From the NCBI GenBank assembly GCA_002281775.1, contig NCGY01000003.1:112696-176695 (forward strand): DNA of 64,000 nt, written 5' to 3'. Made by a program: the position numbers and the translations under genes. The DNA comes from Hydrogenophilales bacterium 16-64-46 (GTDB taxonomy: Bacteria; Pseudomonadota; Gammaproteobacteria; Burkholderiales; Thiobacillaceae). The first letter of the stretch is position 1; every line of letters starts with the position of its first letter. The notes beneath the pieces are model-generated. The model did not search any database, was not told the DNA's origin, and saw only the letters and a list, made by a program, of their open reading frames with translations. Below are positions 32,638-42,581 of the stretch, in pieces.

Positions 32638-33130
32638 CAATCAACTCAATCATTCCCCGCAACGCGGCCGCCACGGCGCGCGAGCGGATTTCCTCGCGGT
32701 CGCCGTCGAGCCGGCAGGTGGAGGTGAGGGTCGTGCCGTCGGTCAGGGCCCAGCCGTAACACACCAGTCCCACGGGTTTTTCGCGTGTGCCACCGCCGGG
32801 GCCGGCGATGCCGGTGATCGCCAGCGCGGCCTGCGCGTGGCTGTGTCGCAGGGCACCCTGGGCCATGGCCTGCGCGGTGTCTTCGGCCACCGCGCCCACC
32901 GTGTCGAGCAAGGCTGAGGGTACGCCCAGCAGTTCAACTTTGGACGCGTTGGAATACGTCACATAGCCGCGCTCGAACCAGGCACTGCTGCCGGGCAGCG
33001 AGGTGAGCAGCATGGAGACCCAGCCGCCGGTGCAGGATTCGGCGGTGGCGACCATCCAGCCACGCGCGGCGAGTTTGCCGCCGAGTTCGGCGGCCAGTGC
33101 TATGAGTTCGGAATCGGGCGTGCGAGCCAT
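32633..33130 (-). CDS. cinA: CinA/PncC family NMN deamidase
   Basis: ATAESCTGG, PGSSAWFERGYVTYSN, ITGIAGPGGG. Confidence 0.93.
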   Translation of the reverse strand: MARTPDSELIALAAELGGKLAARGWMVATAESCTGGWVSMLLTSLPGSSAWFERGYVTYSNASKVELLGVPSALLDTVGAVAEDTAQAMAQGALRHSHAQAALAITGIAGPGGGTREKPVGLVCYGWALTDGTTLTSTCRLDGDREEIRSRAVAAALRGMIELIG

Positions 33131-33131
33131 G

Positions 33132-33611
33132 TCAGAGGAAGTGGGCGGCCAGTTGCAGACAGGCGATAGCGTAGCCTGCCGCGAGCAGATCGTCGAACAT
33201 CACGCCGAAACCGTTCTTCAGGCGGGTGTCAAAAAAACGGATTGGCCAGGGCTTGACGATGTCGAACAGGCGGAACAGGCCGAAGGCCGCCAGCATCCAC
33301 ATCCAGCCCGCCGGTGTGAACAGCAGCACCAGGGCAAAGGCGACGATCTCATCCCACACCATGCCGCCATGGTCGGCCACGCCCAGCGCGCGGCCGGTGC
33401 GGGCGCAGGCCCAAATGCCGAGCAGGAAACCCGCCGCGATCAGGATGAGCTGGTTCGGCAGGTCGGGCGCGATGGCGGTGATCGCCCAGAAAAGCGGCAG
33501 GCCGAGCAGGGTGCCGGCGGTGCCGGGGGCCTTGGGTGCGAGCCCGCTGCCGAAGCCCAGGGCGATCAGGTGCGCAGGGTGCGCCAGCAGAAAACGCAGG
33601 TCAGGCCGCAA
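33132..33611 (-). CDS. pgpA: Phosphatidylglycerophosphatase A
   Basis: GFGSGLAPKAPGTAGT, DHGGMVWDE, FRLFDIVKPWPI; start approximate (TTG). Confidence 0.93.
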   Translation of the reverse strand: MRPDLRFLLAHPAHLIALGFGSGLAPKAPGTAGTLLGLPLFWAITAIAPDLPNQLILIAAGFLLGIWACARTGRALGVADHGGMVWDEIVAFALVLLFTPAGWMWMLAAFGLFRLFDIVKPWPIRFFDTRLKNGFGVMFDDLLAAGYAIACLQLAAHFL

Positions 33612-34557
33612 AGTGGTCGTACCCCGTTCTGGCAAGTGGGATCGCTTCGCCGTGGGCGTTGCGCACGACGAGGCCGGGGGTGTCGCGCGTCGCGCCGATG
33701 CGGCTGACGCGCACGCCCAGGGATTGCGCGGCGGCCTCGATGGCAGTGCGCTGCTGCGCCGGCGCGGTGAAGCACAGTTCGTAATCGTCGCCGCCCGCCA
33801 GGATGGCCTCGATGGCTGCCGGTTCGTGCAGGTAGTCGTGGGCGATCTCGTGCACCGGAATCGCGGCGAAATCGAGGTCTGCACCGACACCGGAACGTGT
33901 GAGGATGTGGCCGAGATCGGCGCACAGGCCGTCAGACACATCGATGGCGGCGCTGGCCAGGCCGACGAGCGCCTGTCCCAGTTCGACACGGGGGGTGGGC
34001 AGGTAGAGCGCGGGCAACACCTTCGCCGCGTGGATCTGTTCCATGAACAGCCGCCCCTGGCGGTAGGCGAGCGCCAGCGCGGCCGAGCCGATCAGGCCCG
34101 ACACCCACACGTCGTCGCCGGGCTTGGCCCCGCCGCGCGTGAGCGCACAACCGGGTTCGATCTCGCCGAACACGGTGAGGCCGAAGGTGAGCACATCGGC
34201 GCGCGTGGTGTCACCGCCGACCAGTTCGCAACCGTGCGCGTCGAGCATACGGAACAGGCCGCGCGCGTAGGCCGCGAGCCAGGCGTCGTTGGTGGCGGGC
34301 AGCGCGATCTGCAGGGTGGCCCAGCGCGGTGTCGCCCCCATTGCTGCGAGGTCGGACAGATTCACCGCTGCGGTCTTGTGGCCCAGCCCGGCGGGGCCGT
34401 CCTGCGGCATGAAATGGCGGCCTTCGATCAGCAGGTCGGTGGTGATCGCCAGTTGCTTGCCGGGGGTGGGCGAGACCAGCGCGCAGTCATCGCCCACGCC
34501 CAGCACCGCACCGGGCGTGGCACGGGTGAAGTGGCGGGCGATGAGGTCGAATTCCAT
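33601..34557 (-). CDS. thiL: Thiamine-phosphate kinase
   Basis: GVGDDCA, VNLSDLAAMGATP, GGDTT, IDVSDGL, GGDDYELCFT. Confidence 0.96.
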   Translation of the reverse strand: MEFDLIARHFTRATPGAVLGVGDDCALVSPTPGKQLAITTDLLIEGRHFMPQDGPAGLGHKTAAVNLSDLAAMGATPRWATLQIALPATNDAWLAAYARGLFRMLDAHGCELVGGDTTRADVLTFGLTVFGEIEPGCALTRGGAKPGDDVWVSGLIGSAALALAYRQGRLFMEQIHAAKVLPALYLPTPRVELGQALVGLASAAIDVSDGLCADLGHILTRSGVGADLDFAAIPVHEIAHDYLHEPAAIEAILAGGDDYELCFTAPAQQRTAIEAAAQSLGVRVSRIGATRDTPGLVVRNAHGEAIPLARTGYDHFAA

Positions 34558-34558
34558 G

Positions 34559-34609
34559 GGGGAGTGGCGAGTGGTAAGCGGTGAATCCGCTTACTGCTTA
34601 CCGCTGACC
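34559..34609. repeat. Heptamer-unit inverted repeat between nusB and thiL
   Basis: GGGGAGT GGCGAGT GGTAAGC GGTGAAT ... GCTTACT GCTTACC GCTGACC; overlaps nusB stop. Confidence 0.65.
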
Positions 34610-35032
34610 CTTCCCTGCGGCTTCGAGCTTGCGCACCTCGCGTCCCAGCTTGTCGAGCACGCCGTTGACGAATTTGTGGCCGTCGGTGCCGCCGAATTTC
34701 TTCGCCAGCTCGATGCCTTCGTTGATGACGACCGACAACGGCACGTCGGGACAGTGCACCAGCTCGTAGCTGCCGATGAGGAGGATGCCGCGCTCGATGG
34801 GCGAGAGCTCCTCGATGGGCCGGTCGAGCGCCGGGGCCAGATGCCCGGCGAGCAGGTCTTCTTCCTTCAGCACGCCGTACAGCAGGGTGCGGAAGTAGTC
34901 CTGGTCGACGCGCTTGAAATGTTCGTCCTCGGCGAGATTCGCGACGATGAGGGTGACATCCGCGCCGCCCACGCGCCAGGCGTACAGGCCCTGCAGGGTG
35001 AATTCGCGGGCGAGCTTGCGTGAACCGGCCAT
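34598..35032 (-). CDS. nusB: Transcription antitermination factor NusB
   Basis: RKLAREFTLQGLY, INEGIELAKKFG, FVNGVLDK. Confidence 0.96.
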   Translation of the reverse strand: MAGSRKLAREFTLQGLYAWRVGGADVTLIVANLAEDEHFKRVDQDYFRTLLYGVLKEEDLLAGHLAPALDRPIEELSPIERGILLIGSYELVHCPDVPLSVVINEGIELAKKFGGTDGHKFVNGVLDKLGREVRKLEAAGKGQR

Positions 35033-35033
35033 C

Positions 35034-35501
35034 TCAGACGCGCTTCATCAGGTTGGCCATTTCCACCGCCACGCGTGCACCGTCCGCGCCCTTTTCGGTG
35101 ATGCGGACGTGCGCCTGTTCCTCGCTTTCGACGGTGAGGATGACGTTGGCGATGGGCACGCCGGTTTCGAGCTGCACGTCGAGGATGCCGCGTGCGGATT
35201 CGTTGCAGACGATCTCGAAGTGGTAGGTGTCGCCGCGGATCACGCAGCCGATGGCGACGAGCGCATCGTACTTGCCGCTTTGCGCGAGCTTCTGCAGCGC
35301 GAGCGGCGCTTCCAGCGCACCGGGAATGGAAAATCGCTCTACGGCTGCAACGCCGAGCGCGCTGAATTCACGCGTGCAGGCATCGAACAGGCCTTCGCAG
35401 ATTTCTTCGTTGAAGCGGCAGACGACGATGCCGATGCGCTGGCCGTTGCCGTCGAGTGCGGGGTCGTTGGGGGAGTAGCTGCCGTGTATGCCCATGATCA
35501 C
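35034..35501 (-). CDS. ribH: Lumazine synthase
   Basis: [27 protein letters not shown]. Confidence 0.96.
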   Translation of the reverse strand: MIMGIHGSYSPNDPALDGNGQRIGIVVCRFNEEICEGLFDACTREFSALGVAAVERFSIPGALEAPLALQKLAQSGKYDALVAIGCVIRGDTYHFEIVCNESARGILDVQLETGVPIANVILTVESEEQAHVRITEKGADGARVAVEMANLMKRV

Positions 35502-36583
35502 ATCCTGTCGAGATAACCGGTCACTTCGAGACCGAAGCCGTCCATGGCCGGCATCTTGCGCGGGCTGGCCAGAAGTTTCATTTTGCCGACGCCGAGGTCG
35601 CGCAGGATTTGCGCGCCGATGCCGTAGTCGCGCAGATCAACCTTGCGCTCCGAGACCGGTGCCGGGTTGATGCGGCCCAGCAGTGCGTCGGCGGTTTCCG
35701 GGCGGTGCAACAGAACCAGCACGCCCGACGGCGCGCCGGCGATGCGTGCCATCGCGCCGGGGATGGGCCAGGAGTGGCGACCACCGGTGACGTCGAGGAA
35801 GTCCATCACGGAGAGGGGTTCGTGCACACGCACCAAGGTTTCCTCGTCGGCGTGGATGTCGCCCTTCACCAGCGCGAGGTGGGTTTCGCGGGCGCTGCTG
35901 TCGCGGTAGGCGATCAGGCGGAACGCGCCGTAAGCGGTTTCGATTGGACGCTCGGCCACGCGCTCGACCAGGCTTTCGGTCTGGTTGCGGTAGTGGATGA
36001 GGTCGGCGATGGCACCGATCTTGAGGCCGTGTTCCTGCGCAAAGGGAATCAGGTCCGGCAGGCGCGCCATGCTGCCGTCGTCCTTGAGGATTTCACAGAT
36101 CACCGAGGCGGGTTCGAGGCCCGCCAGCGCGGCGAGGTCGCAGCCGGCTTCGGTGTGGCCGGCGCGCACCAGCACGCCGCCGGGCTGGGCGCGCAGCGGG
36201 AAGATATGGCCGGGCTGGATGATGTCAGTGGGCTGGGCGTCTTTCTTCACCGCCGCCTGGATGGTGACGGCGCGGTCGGCGGCCGAAATGCCGGTGGTGA
36301 CGCCTTCGGCGGCTTCGATCGATACCGTGAACGCGGTACCGTGCGGGGTCTGGTTGTCGCTGACCATCTGCTTCAGGCCGAGCTGGCGACAGCGCGCGTC
36401 AGTGAGAGTCAGGCAGATCAGGCCCCGGCCGTATCTGGCCATGAAGTTGATCGCGTCCGGGGTGGCGAATTCGGCCGCCATCACCAGGTCACCCTCGTTT
36501 TCGCGGTCTTCTTCATCGACCAGCACGACCATGCGGCCGGCCTTGAGTTCTTCGATGATTTCGGGCGTGGAGGCAAGGCTCAT
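35498..36583 (-). CDS. ribB: DHBP synthase fused to a degenerate GTP cyclohydrolase II-like domain (RibBX type)
   Basis: [17 protein letters not shown]; C-terminal domain lacks the GCHII zinc-binding cysteines. Confidence 0.92.
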   Translation of the reverse strand: MSLASTPEIIEELKAGRMVVLVDEEDRENEGDLVMAAEFATPDAINFMARYGRGLICLTLTDARCRQLGLKQMVSDNQTPHGTAFTVSIEAAEGVTTGISAADRAVTIQAAVKKDAQPTDIIQPGHIFPLRAQPGGVLVRAGHTEAGCDLAALAGLEPASVICEILKDDGSMARLPDLIPFAQEHGLKIGAIADLIHYRNQTESLVERVAERPIETAYGAFRLIAYRDSSARETHLALVKGDIHADEETLVRVHEPLSVMDFLDVTGGRHSWPIPGAMARIAGAPSGVLVLLHRPETADALLGRINPAPVSERKVDLRDYGIGAQILRDLGVGKMKLLASPRKMPAMDGFGLEVTGYLDRM

Positions 36584-36587
36584 TGCG

Positions 36588-37211
36588 TCAGTCTTTGTTG
36601 GTGGAATGGGGAAATTGCGTCGTGCTGGTGAATTGAGCCAGGCGTTCGACGTAGCGCGCGATCATGTCGACTTCGAGATTGACCGGCGCGCCGGTTTGCA
36701 GGTGCTTCAGCGTGGTCATTTCCAGCGTGTGCGGAATGAGATTGAGCGAGAAGCGCGTATCGTGCACGGCGTTGACGGTGAGCGACACACCGTTCACCGT
36801 GATCGACCCCTTGCGGATGATGTAGCGCGCCAGTGCCACGGGAGCGTCGATTTCGAGCAGGTGCGATTCGCCGGCAGGCTCGAAACGGTGCACGCGACCC
36901 AGGCCGTCCACATGGCCGGAGACGAGGTGCCCGCCGAGGCGGTCGGCCAGCCGTAGCGCCTTTTCCAGATTGACCTCGCTACCGGGCGCGAACCCTGTGG
37001 TGACCCGCAGGGTTTCGGCCGAGACATCGACGGTGAAAGACGTGGGTGTCAACGCGACGGCGGTGAGGCAGACGCCGTTCACCGCGATGCTGTCGCCGAT
37101 GACCACGTCGGACAAGTCCAGCCCGCCTCCGGCGATCACCATGCGCGCATCCGCCCCGCGCGCGTCGTATTCCTGGATGTGGCCGATGGCCTGGATGATG
37201 CCGGTAAACAT
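36588..37211 (-). CDS. ribE: Riboflavin synthase
   Basis: MFTGII, GDSIAVNGVCLT, GGHLVSGHVD, KGSITVNGVSLT (named ribC in some nomenclatures). Confidence 0.96.
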   Translation of the reverse strand: MFTGIIQAIGHIQEYDARGADARMVIAGGGLDLSDVVIGDSIAVNGVCLTAVALTPTSFTVDVSAETLRVTTGFAPGSEVNLEKALRLADRLGGHLVSGHVDGLGRVHRFEPAGESHLLEIDAPVALARYIIRKGSITVNGVSLTVNAVHDTRFSLNLIPHTLEMTTLKHLQTGAPVNLEVDMIARYVERLAQFTSTTQFPHSTNKD

Positions 37212-37308
37212 GCGTAAAGAACGAGGTGCGCTGCAAGACCCGGCATTGTAGGCGTTTGGACGCGCGGGGTGAACCCCGCTGCACCGGAACGCGCAGCATC
37301 AGGCGAAT

Positions 37309-37340
37309 ATAACAAGATAACAAGGTCTATATATTGTTAT
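37309..37340. promoter_or_regulatory. Candidate operator upstream of nitronate monooxygenase gene
   Basis: Tandem ATAACAAG x2 (37309, 37317) and palindrome ATAACAA-N10-TTGTTAT (37317-37340). Confidence 0.45.
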
Positions 37341-37371
37341 TATAAGTCCTTTGGACGACCGGGAGCCGACT

Positions 37372-38565
37372 ATGCAGCCTGCAAACTTTGCCCTGCGCGG
37401 GCGATCACTGTTGCCGATTGTGCAGGGGGGTATGGGCGTGGGCGTCTCCGCGCACCGCTTGGCCGGCGCAGTGGCGCGTGCCGGTGCCGTCGGCACCATC
37501 GCCAGCATCGACCTGCGGCACCACCATCCCGACCTGATGGCGCAGTCGCAGCACAGCCGCGAGCGCGCGGTGCTGGACAGGCTGAATCTCCAGGCACTGG
37601 ATCGTGAAATCCGCGCTGCATTGGCACTGGCCGAAGGGCACGGACTGGTCGCGGTGAATGTGATGAAGGCGGTCGATGCGCACGCCGACTATGTGCGGCA
37701 GGCCTGCGCCTCGGGTGCCGAGGCCATCGTCATGGGGGCGGGGCTGCCGCTCGATCTGCCCGAGCTGACCGAAGGCTATCCCGACGTCGCGCTGATTCCC
37801 ATCCTCTCAGATGCGCGTGGTGTCGCCATTGTGCTGAAAAAATGGGCACGCAAGGGCCGCCTGCCCGACGCCATCGTCATCGAGCATCCGCGTTACGCCG
37901 GCGGCCATCTGGGGGCACCCAATCCGGCGGAGCTTGAACACGCCAAATTCGATTTCGCCGAAGTCCTGCCCGGCATTTTCAAGCTCTTCGACGACCTGGG
38001 CATTGCCCGCAGCCAGATCCCGCTCATCGTCGGCGGCGGCATCCACAGCCACGAAAAAATGCTCGATGCCCTTGCGCTGGGCGCGTCTGCCGTGCAGATC
38101 GGCACCGCCTTTGCTGTCACCGAGGAGGGCGATGCGCATCCCGAGTTCAAGCGCGTGTTGCTTGATGCCCGGCCGCAAGACATCGTCACCTTCATGAGCG
38201 TGGCGGGATTGCCCGCACGCGCGGTGAAAACGCCCTGGCTGGAAAACTACCTGCGGCGCGAGGCCCGTTTGCAGTCATGCGCCCAGGCCGATCCTGAACG
38301 CTGTGCGGCCGGGCTGCATTGCCTCACGCAATGCGGGCTGCGCGATGGCCTCGCGCGGGCGGGGCAGTTCTGCATCGACCAGCAACTGGTCGCCGCGCTC
38401 AAGGGCGACATCAAAAAAGGCCTGTTCTTTCGCGGGGCCGAACCATTACCGTTCGGCCGCGAGATCCGTCCGGTACACGATCTGATCGACTATTACCTTA
38501 CCGGCCGGCGTGCGGCCCGCCACGAGGATGCGCTGCCGGATCGATCGCGTCGGCACGTCGCCTGA
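37372..38565 (+). CDS. Nitronate monooxygenase / FabK-like flavoprotein
   Basis: PIVQGGMGVGVS, MGAGLP, GGHLG, VQIGTAF; start at MQPANF. Confidence 0.88.
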   Translation: MQPANFALRGRSLLPIVQGGMGVGVSAHRLAGAVARAGAVGTIASIDLRHHHPDLMAQSQHSRERAVLDRLNLQALDREIRAALALAEGHGLVAVNVMKAVDAHADYVRQACASGAEAIVMGAGLPLDLPELTEGYPDVALIPILSDARGVAIVLKKWARKGRLPDAIVIEHPRYAGGHLGAPNPAELEHAKFDFAEVLPGIFKLFDDLGIARSQIPLIVGGGIHSHEKMLDALALGASAVQIGTAFAVTEEGDAHPEFKRVLLDARPQDIVTFMSVAGLPARAVKTPWLENYLRREARLQSCAQADPERCAAGLHCLTQCGLRDGLARAGQFCIDQQLVAALKGDIKKGLFFRGAEPLPFGREIRPVHDLIDYYLTGRRAARHEDALPDRSRRHVA

Positions 38566-38568
38566 GGA

Positions 38569-39648
38569 TCAGGCGGGCAGCAGCGTCAGGCGCAGGTCGG
38601 GCCCGAGTTGCCGCAGGTCAGCGAGGCGAAAACGCGAAGCGTCGCCCAGCGTGGTCAGCGGTGATGTCGCGAAGAGGCCGCGAGCGGCGTCGCCCACCGC
38701 CATCGGCGCAAGGTAGGCGATCCATTCGTCGATCAGGCCCGATTCGAACAGCGCGCCGTTCAGTCCCGCACCCGCCTCGACGTGCAGTTCGTTGACGCCG
38801 CGCCGGGCGAGCAGGGCGAGCAGGGCGGCGAGATCGACACGGCCGTTGGCCCCGGGGAGTTCGACGATTTCCGCCCCTGCCGCCTCGAGCGCGGCGCGGC
38901 GAGCCGGGTCGGGCGTGTGGCAGGCGACGAGAGCGGGCAGGATCGCAGCAGACGCGGGGGTCGCCAGGGTGGAATCGACGACCACGCGCAGCGGTTGCCG
39001 GCCGATGTCGAGGTCGCGCACGGTCATTTTAGGATTGTCGGCAAGCACGGTTCCGCTACCGGTGAGGATGGCGCAAGTACGCGCGCGCAGCCGCTGCACG
39101 TCAGCGCGCGCGGCCTCGCCGGTGAGCCATTGTGAGCTGCCGTTTTCCAGCGCAGTCTTGCCGTCGAGGGTGGAGGCGGTCTTCAGGCGCAGCCAGGGGC
39201 GGCCACGGGTCATGCGCGAGACGAAGCCGGGATTGAGCGCGCGCGCCTCGGCTGCCAGCAGCCCGACGTCGGCGCGGACGCCGGCCAGCGTCAGGAGGTC
39301 GATGCCGGCACCGGACACCAGCGGGTTGGGGTCATGCATCGCTGCGACCACGCGCGCCGCGCCGGCGTTCACCAGCGCCTCGGCGCAGGGCGGCGTGCGG
39401 CCGTGGTGCGAGCAGGGTTCGAGCGTGACATACACCGTGGCCCCGCGCGCCGCCTCGCCGGCTTGCTGCAAGGCGTGGATCTCTGCGTGCGGCGTGCCGG
39501 CGCGGGCGTGCCAGCCTTCGCCGACCACGCGGCCGTCCTTCACGATCACGCAGCCGACGCGCGGGTTGGGCGTGGTCGTGTAGAGCCCGCGCCCGGCAAG
39601 CTGGAGCGCGCGCGCCATGTGGCGATGATCGTCGGCGGAGAAGTTCAT
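38569..39648 (-). CDS. ribD: Bifunctional riboflavin deaminase/reductase
   Basis: TPNPRVGC, PHAE, TLEPCSHHGRTPPC, STLDGK. Confidence 0.97.
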   Translation of the reverse strand: MNFSADDHRHMARALQLAGRGLYTTTPNPRVGCVIVKDGRVVGEGWHARAGTPHAEIHALQQAGEAARGATVYVTLEPCSHHGRTPPCAEALVNAGAARVVAAMHDPNPLVSGAGIDLLTLAGVRADVGLLAAEARALNPGFVSRMTRGRPWLRLKTASTLDGKTALENGSSQWLTGEAARADVQRLRARTCAILTGSGTVLADNPKMTVRDLDIGRQPLRVVVDSTLATPASAAILPALVACHTPDPARRAALEAAGAEIVELPGANGRVDLAALLALLARRGVNELHVEAGAGLNGALFESGLIDEWIAYLAPMAVGDAARGLFATSPLTTLGDASRFRLADLRQLGPDLRLTLLPA

Positions 39649-39706
39649 GCGGGAGCGGGTGAAAACGTCCCGCATTATCGCCGCCCTGCGGCGCGCGCGT
39701 CGAGCC

Positions 39707-40444
39707 TCAGGGGTGCTCGATCACGCTGCGGCCGTTCAGGGCTTGCACCGGCCGGTTGTTATGGTTGTAGAGCTTGTGCAATTGCGCGAGCTGCGCGGCG
39801 GAGACGGTCACCGGGTCTTTCAGCACGTACCAGGCGACGCCTTCGGAACAGGGTGGCGTGGTGAGCGAGCCGGCAAAGTGGTAGTAGCCGTGCTTCGCGG
39901 GCAGCAGGCTCGCCGCGTCGAAGTTCACCGCGTCGACGCGGTGTTCCGGGCCTTCGCCCAGCGGCATGTTGGCGAGGAGGGGGTCGAGCGCGGGGTTGGC
40001 TGCGCCGCGCCTGAACAGCACTGCGACGACGGCAAGCTTGCCGGCGTCGTCCTTGTGCACCAGATGCGCGACCATGTCGTAGGCGCGGCCGTGGATGCGC
40101 TCCTCGCTCGGCGTGTGGAAGTGGAATTGTGCCAGCCTGTAAGGGTGGCCGCCGATGTCGAGCATGCCGCCGTCCTCGTTGACCTGTACGGTGTGGCCGT
40201 TGTTGACGATACGCAGCGCCTGGGCGGTGTAATGGAAGCCAAGCTCGGGGGCGCGGGCGTCGGTGCGCGCGGCGCGGATGTCGATGGGCGACTGCGCATG
40301 GCCGAGCGCGCATTCCTTGAATTCCGGCGCGATCTGGCTCCAGTGTGCGGGGCCGTGCGCGCCTTCATACGTCCAGTGAGGCGCGGCGGCGAATGCGCTG
40401 CAGCTGAACAGGGCAAGGGCAAACAGGGAAAGACGGTTCTGCAT
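39707..40444 (-). CDS. Secreted alpha-class carbonic anhydrase
   Basis: Signal peptide, WTYEG, QSPIDI, QFHFH, AHLVH, GSLTTPPCSEGV. Confidence 0.93.
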   Translation of the reverse strand: MQNRLSLFALALFSCSAFAAAPHWTYEGAHGPAHWSQIAPEFKECALGHAQSPIDIRAARTDARAPELGFHYTAQALRIVNNGHTVQVNEDGGMLDIGGHPYRLAQFHFHTPSEERIHGRAYDMVAHLVHKDDAGKLAVVAVLFRRGAANPALDPLLANMPLGEGPEHRVDAVNFDAASLLPAKHGYYHFAGSLTTPPCSEGVAWYVLKDPVTVSAAQLAQLHKLYNHNNRPVQALNGRSVIEHP

Positions 40445-40613
40445 GATGGCTCCTGAAATGACGGGGCCACAGTATGGAACCGCAAAACTTAAGATTTGCT
40501 TAAGCTTGGGGGCAATCCATCAGGCGGCCGCTTTGCGGCACCTCGTGCCCCTGAGCCGGTCCAGGGGCTTGTCGCCCGGGCCCCATCCTCGCGCGTCCCG
40601 ATGGAATACCGGG

Positions 40614-41105
40614 TCAAGCCGGCTTGTCGAACAGGTCGTCCACGCCCGCCTGGGGCGCGCGCTCCAGGTCCTGGAGCATTTCACGGAAATCGTCCGGTTC
40701 CTGGAAGCTCTTGTATACCGAGGCGAAACGGATGTAGGCGATCTTGTCGAGCCGCTTCAGTTCGTGCATCACCAGTTCGCCGATCTCGCGCGACGGCACC
40801 TCTCGGGCACCGCGCGTCAGCAGCTTTTGCCGGATGCGCTCCACCGCCGCGTCGACCTGCTCGGTGGGCACCGGCCGCTTGTGCAGCGCACGACGAAAGC
40901 CCTCATGCAACTTGGTCGACGAAAAATCCTCGCGCATCCCGTTGCTCTTCACGATCTGCGGCGGCCGCAGTTCGGCGGTTTCCCAGGTGGTGAAGCGCTT
41001 CTCGCAGGCCGCGCAGCGGCGACGGCGACGGATCGCGTCCCCCGCTTCATTGACGCGGGAGTCAATGACCTGGGTGTCGAGGGAGCCGCAGAAGGGGCAT
41101 TTCAT
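40614..41105 (-). CDS. nrdR: Transcriptional repressor NrdR
   Basis: MKCPFC...[18 protein letters not shown] cone, YIRFASVY. Confidence 0.97.
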   Translation of the reverse strand: MKCPFCGSLDTQVIDSRVNEAGDAIRRRRRCAACEKRFTTWETAELRPPQIVKSNGMREDFSSTKLHEGFRRALHKRPVPTEQVDAAVERIRQKLLTRGAREVPSREIGELVMHELKRLDKIAYIRFASVYKSFQEPDDFREMLQDLERAPQAGVDDLFDKPA

Positions 41106-41110
41106 ATTTT

Positions 41111-41232
41111 AGGGGTCAGGATTCAGGGGGCAGGGGTCAGCGGGTTTTGTGCGGCGAAGCCGCGCTTGAATAAATGAAGGACCGCGTAGCGACAAGCATC
41201 CCTGACCCCTGAATCCCGACCCCTAGCCCCTG
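41111..41232. repeat. Heptamer-unit inverted repeat between glyA and nrdR
   Basis: AGGGGTC AGGATTC AGGGGGC AGGGGTC ... CTGACCC CTGAATC CCGACCC CTAGCCC. Confidence 0.75.
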
Positions 41233-41237
41233 CGGCG

Positions 41238-42482
41238 TCAGCCGTAAACCGGAAACTTCGCCGTCAGCTTTGCCACTTCACCCTTCACCCGCTCGATCAC
41301 GGCGTCGTCGGTCGGCGCGTCGAGCACGTCGGCGATCAGGTTGGCGAGCTGTTCGGCTTCGAGTTCCTTGAAGCCACGCGTGGTCATCGCCGGGGTGCCG
41401 ATGCGGATGCCGCTGGTGACGAAGGGCTTCTGCGGATCGTTGGGGATGGCGTTCTTGTTGACGGTGATGTGGGCGCGGCCCAGGAGCGCCTCGGCTTCCT
41501 TGCCGGTGAGGTTCTTGGCGCGCAGGTCGACCAGGAACACGTGGCTTTCGGTACGGCCGGAGACGATGGCGAGCCCACGCTCGACCAGCACCTTGCACAT
41601 CACCAGCGCATTGGCGACAACCTGCTCCTGGTAGTGCTTGAATTCGGGCGTGGCGGCTTCCTTGAACGCGGTGGCCTTGCCGGCGATGACGTGTATCAGC
41701 GGGCCGCCCTGCAGGCCGGGGAAGATGGCGCTGTTGATCGCCTTTTCGTGTTCGGCCTTCATCAAAATAATGCCGCCGCGCGGGCCGCGCAGGGTCTTGT
41801 GCGTGGTCGAGGTCACCACGTCGGCATGCGGCACCGGGTTCGGATACACCCCGGCGGCGATGAGGCCGGCGTAGTGCGCCATATCAACCATAAATACCGC
41901 GCCGATCTCTTTCGCCACCTTGGCGAAGCGCGCGAAGTCGATGCGCAGCGCGTAAGCCGATGCGCCGGCGATGATCAGCTTGGGCTTGTGCTCGCGGGCG
42001 AGCGCTTCCATCTTGTCGTAGTCGATTTCCTGCTTGTCGTTCAGACCGTAGGCCACGACGTTGAACCACTTGCCGCTCATGTTGAGCGCCATGCCGTGGG
42101 TGAGGTGGCCGCCTTCGGCGAGGCTCATGCCCATGATGGTGTCGCCGGGCTTCAAGAAGGCCAGGAACACCGCCTGGTTGGCCTGCGAACCGGAGTTGGG
42201 CTGCACGTTGGCGGCTTCGGCACCGAACAGCGCCTTCACCCGGTCGATTGCGAGCTGTTCGACGATGTCGACGTATTCGCAGCCGCCGTAGTAACGCTTG
42301 CCGGGATAGCCCTCGGCGTACTTGTTGGTGAGCTGCGACCCCTGTGCCTGCATCACTGCCGGGCTGGTGTAGTTTTCCGACGCGATCAGCTCGATGTGGT
42401 CCTGCTGGCGGCGGTCTTCCTGCTGGATGGCGGCCCACAGGTCGGGGTCGGTCTGGGCGAGGGTCTGGGTTCGGTTGAACAT
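41238..42482 (-). CDS. glyA: Serine hydroxymethyltransferase
   Basis: [29 protein letters not shown]. Confidence 0.98.
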   Translation of the reverse strand: MFNRTQTLAQTDPDLWAAIQQEDRRQQDHIELIASENYTSPAVMQAQGSQLTNKYAEGYPGKRYYGGCEYVDIVEQLAIDRVKALFGAEAANVQPNSGSQANQAVFLAFLKPGDTIMGMSLAEGGHLTHGMALNMSGKWFNVVAYGLNDKQEIDYDKMEALAREHKPKLIIAGASAYALRIDFARFAKVAKEIGAVFMVDMAHYAGLIAAGVYPNPVPHADVVTSTTHKTLRGPRGGIILMKAEHEKAINSAIFPGLQGGPLIHVIAGKATAFKEAATPEFKHYQEQVVANALVMCKVLVERGLAIVSGRTESHVFLVDLRAKNLTGKEAEALLGRAHITVNKNAIPNDPQKPFVTSGIRIGTPAMTTRGFKELEAEQLANLIADVLDAPTDDAVIERVKGEVAKLTAKFPVYG

Positions 42483-42581
42483 GGCGCGGGCTGGGGCAAG
42501 AAAGCTGGAAAGACGCAAATTTTATCATGCAGCCCCGGGCGCGACTGCGCACTTATAATCGAGCCAAACCCAAGGATGACC

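Noticed and set aside
37212-37350. FMN riboswitch ahead of ribE-ribB-ribH
   Set aside because: No RFN consensus blocks; only a short GCGGGG-TGAA-CCCCGC hairpin
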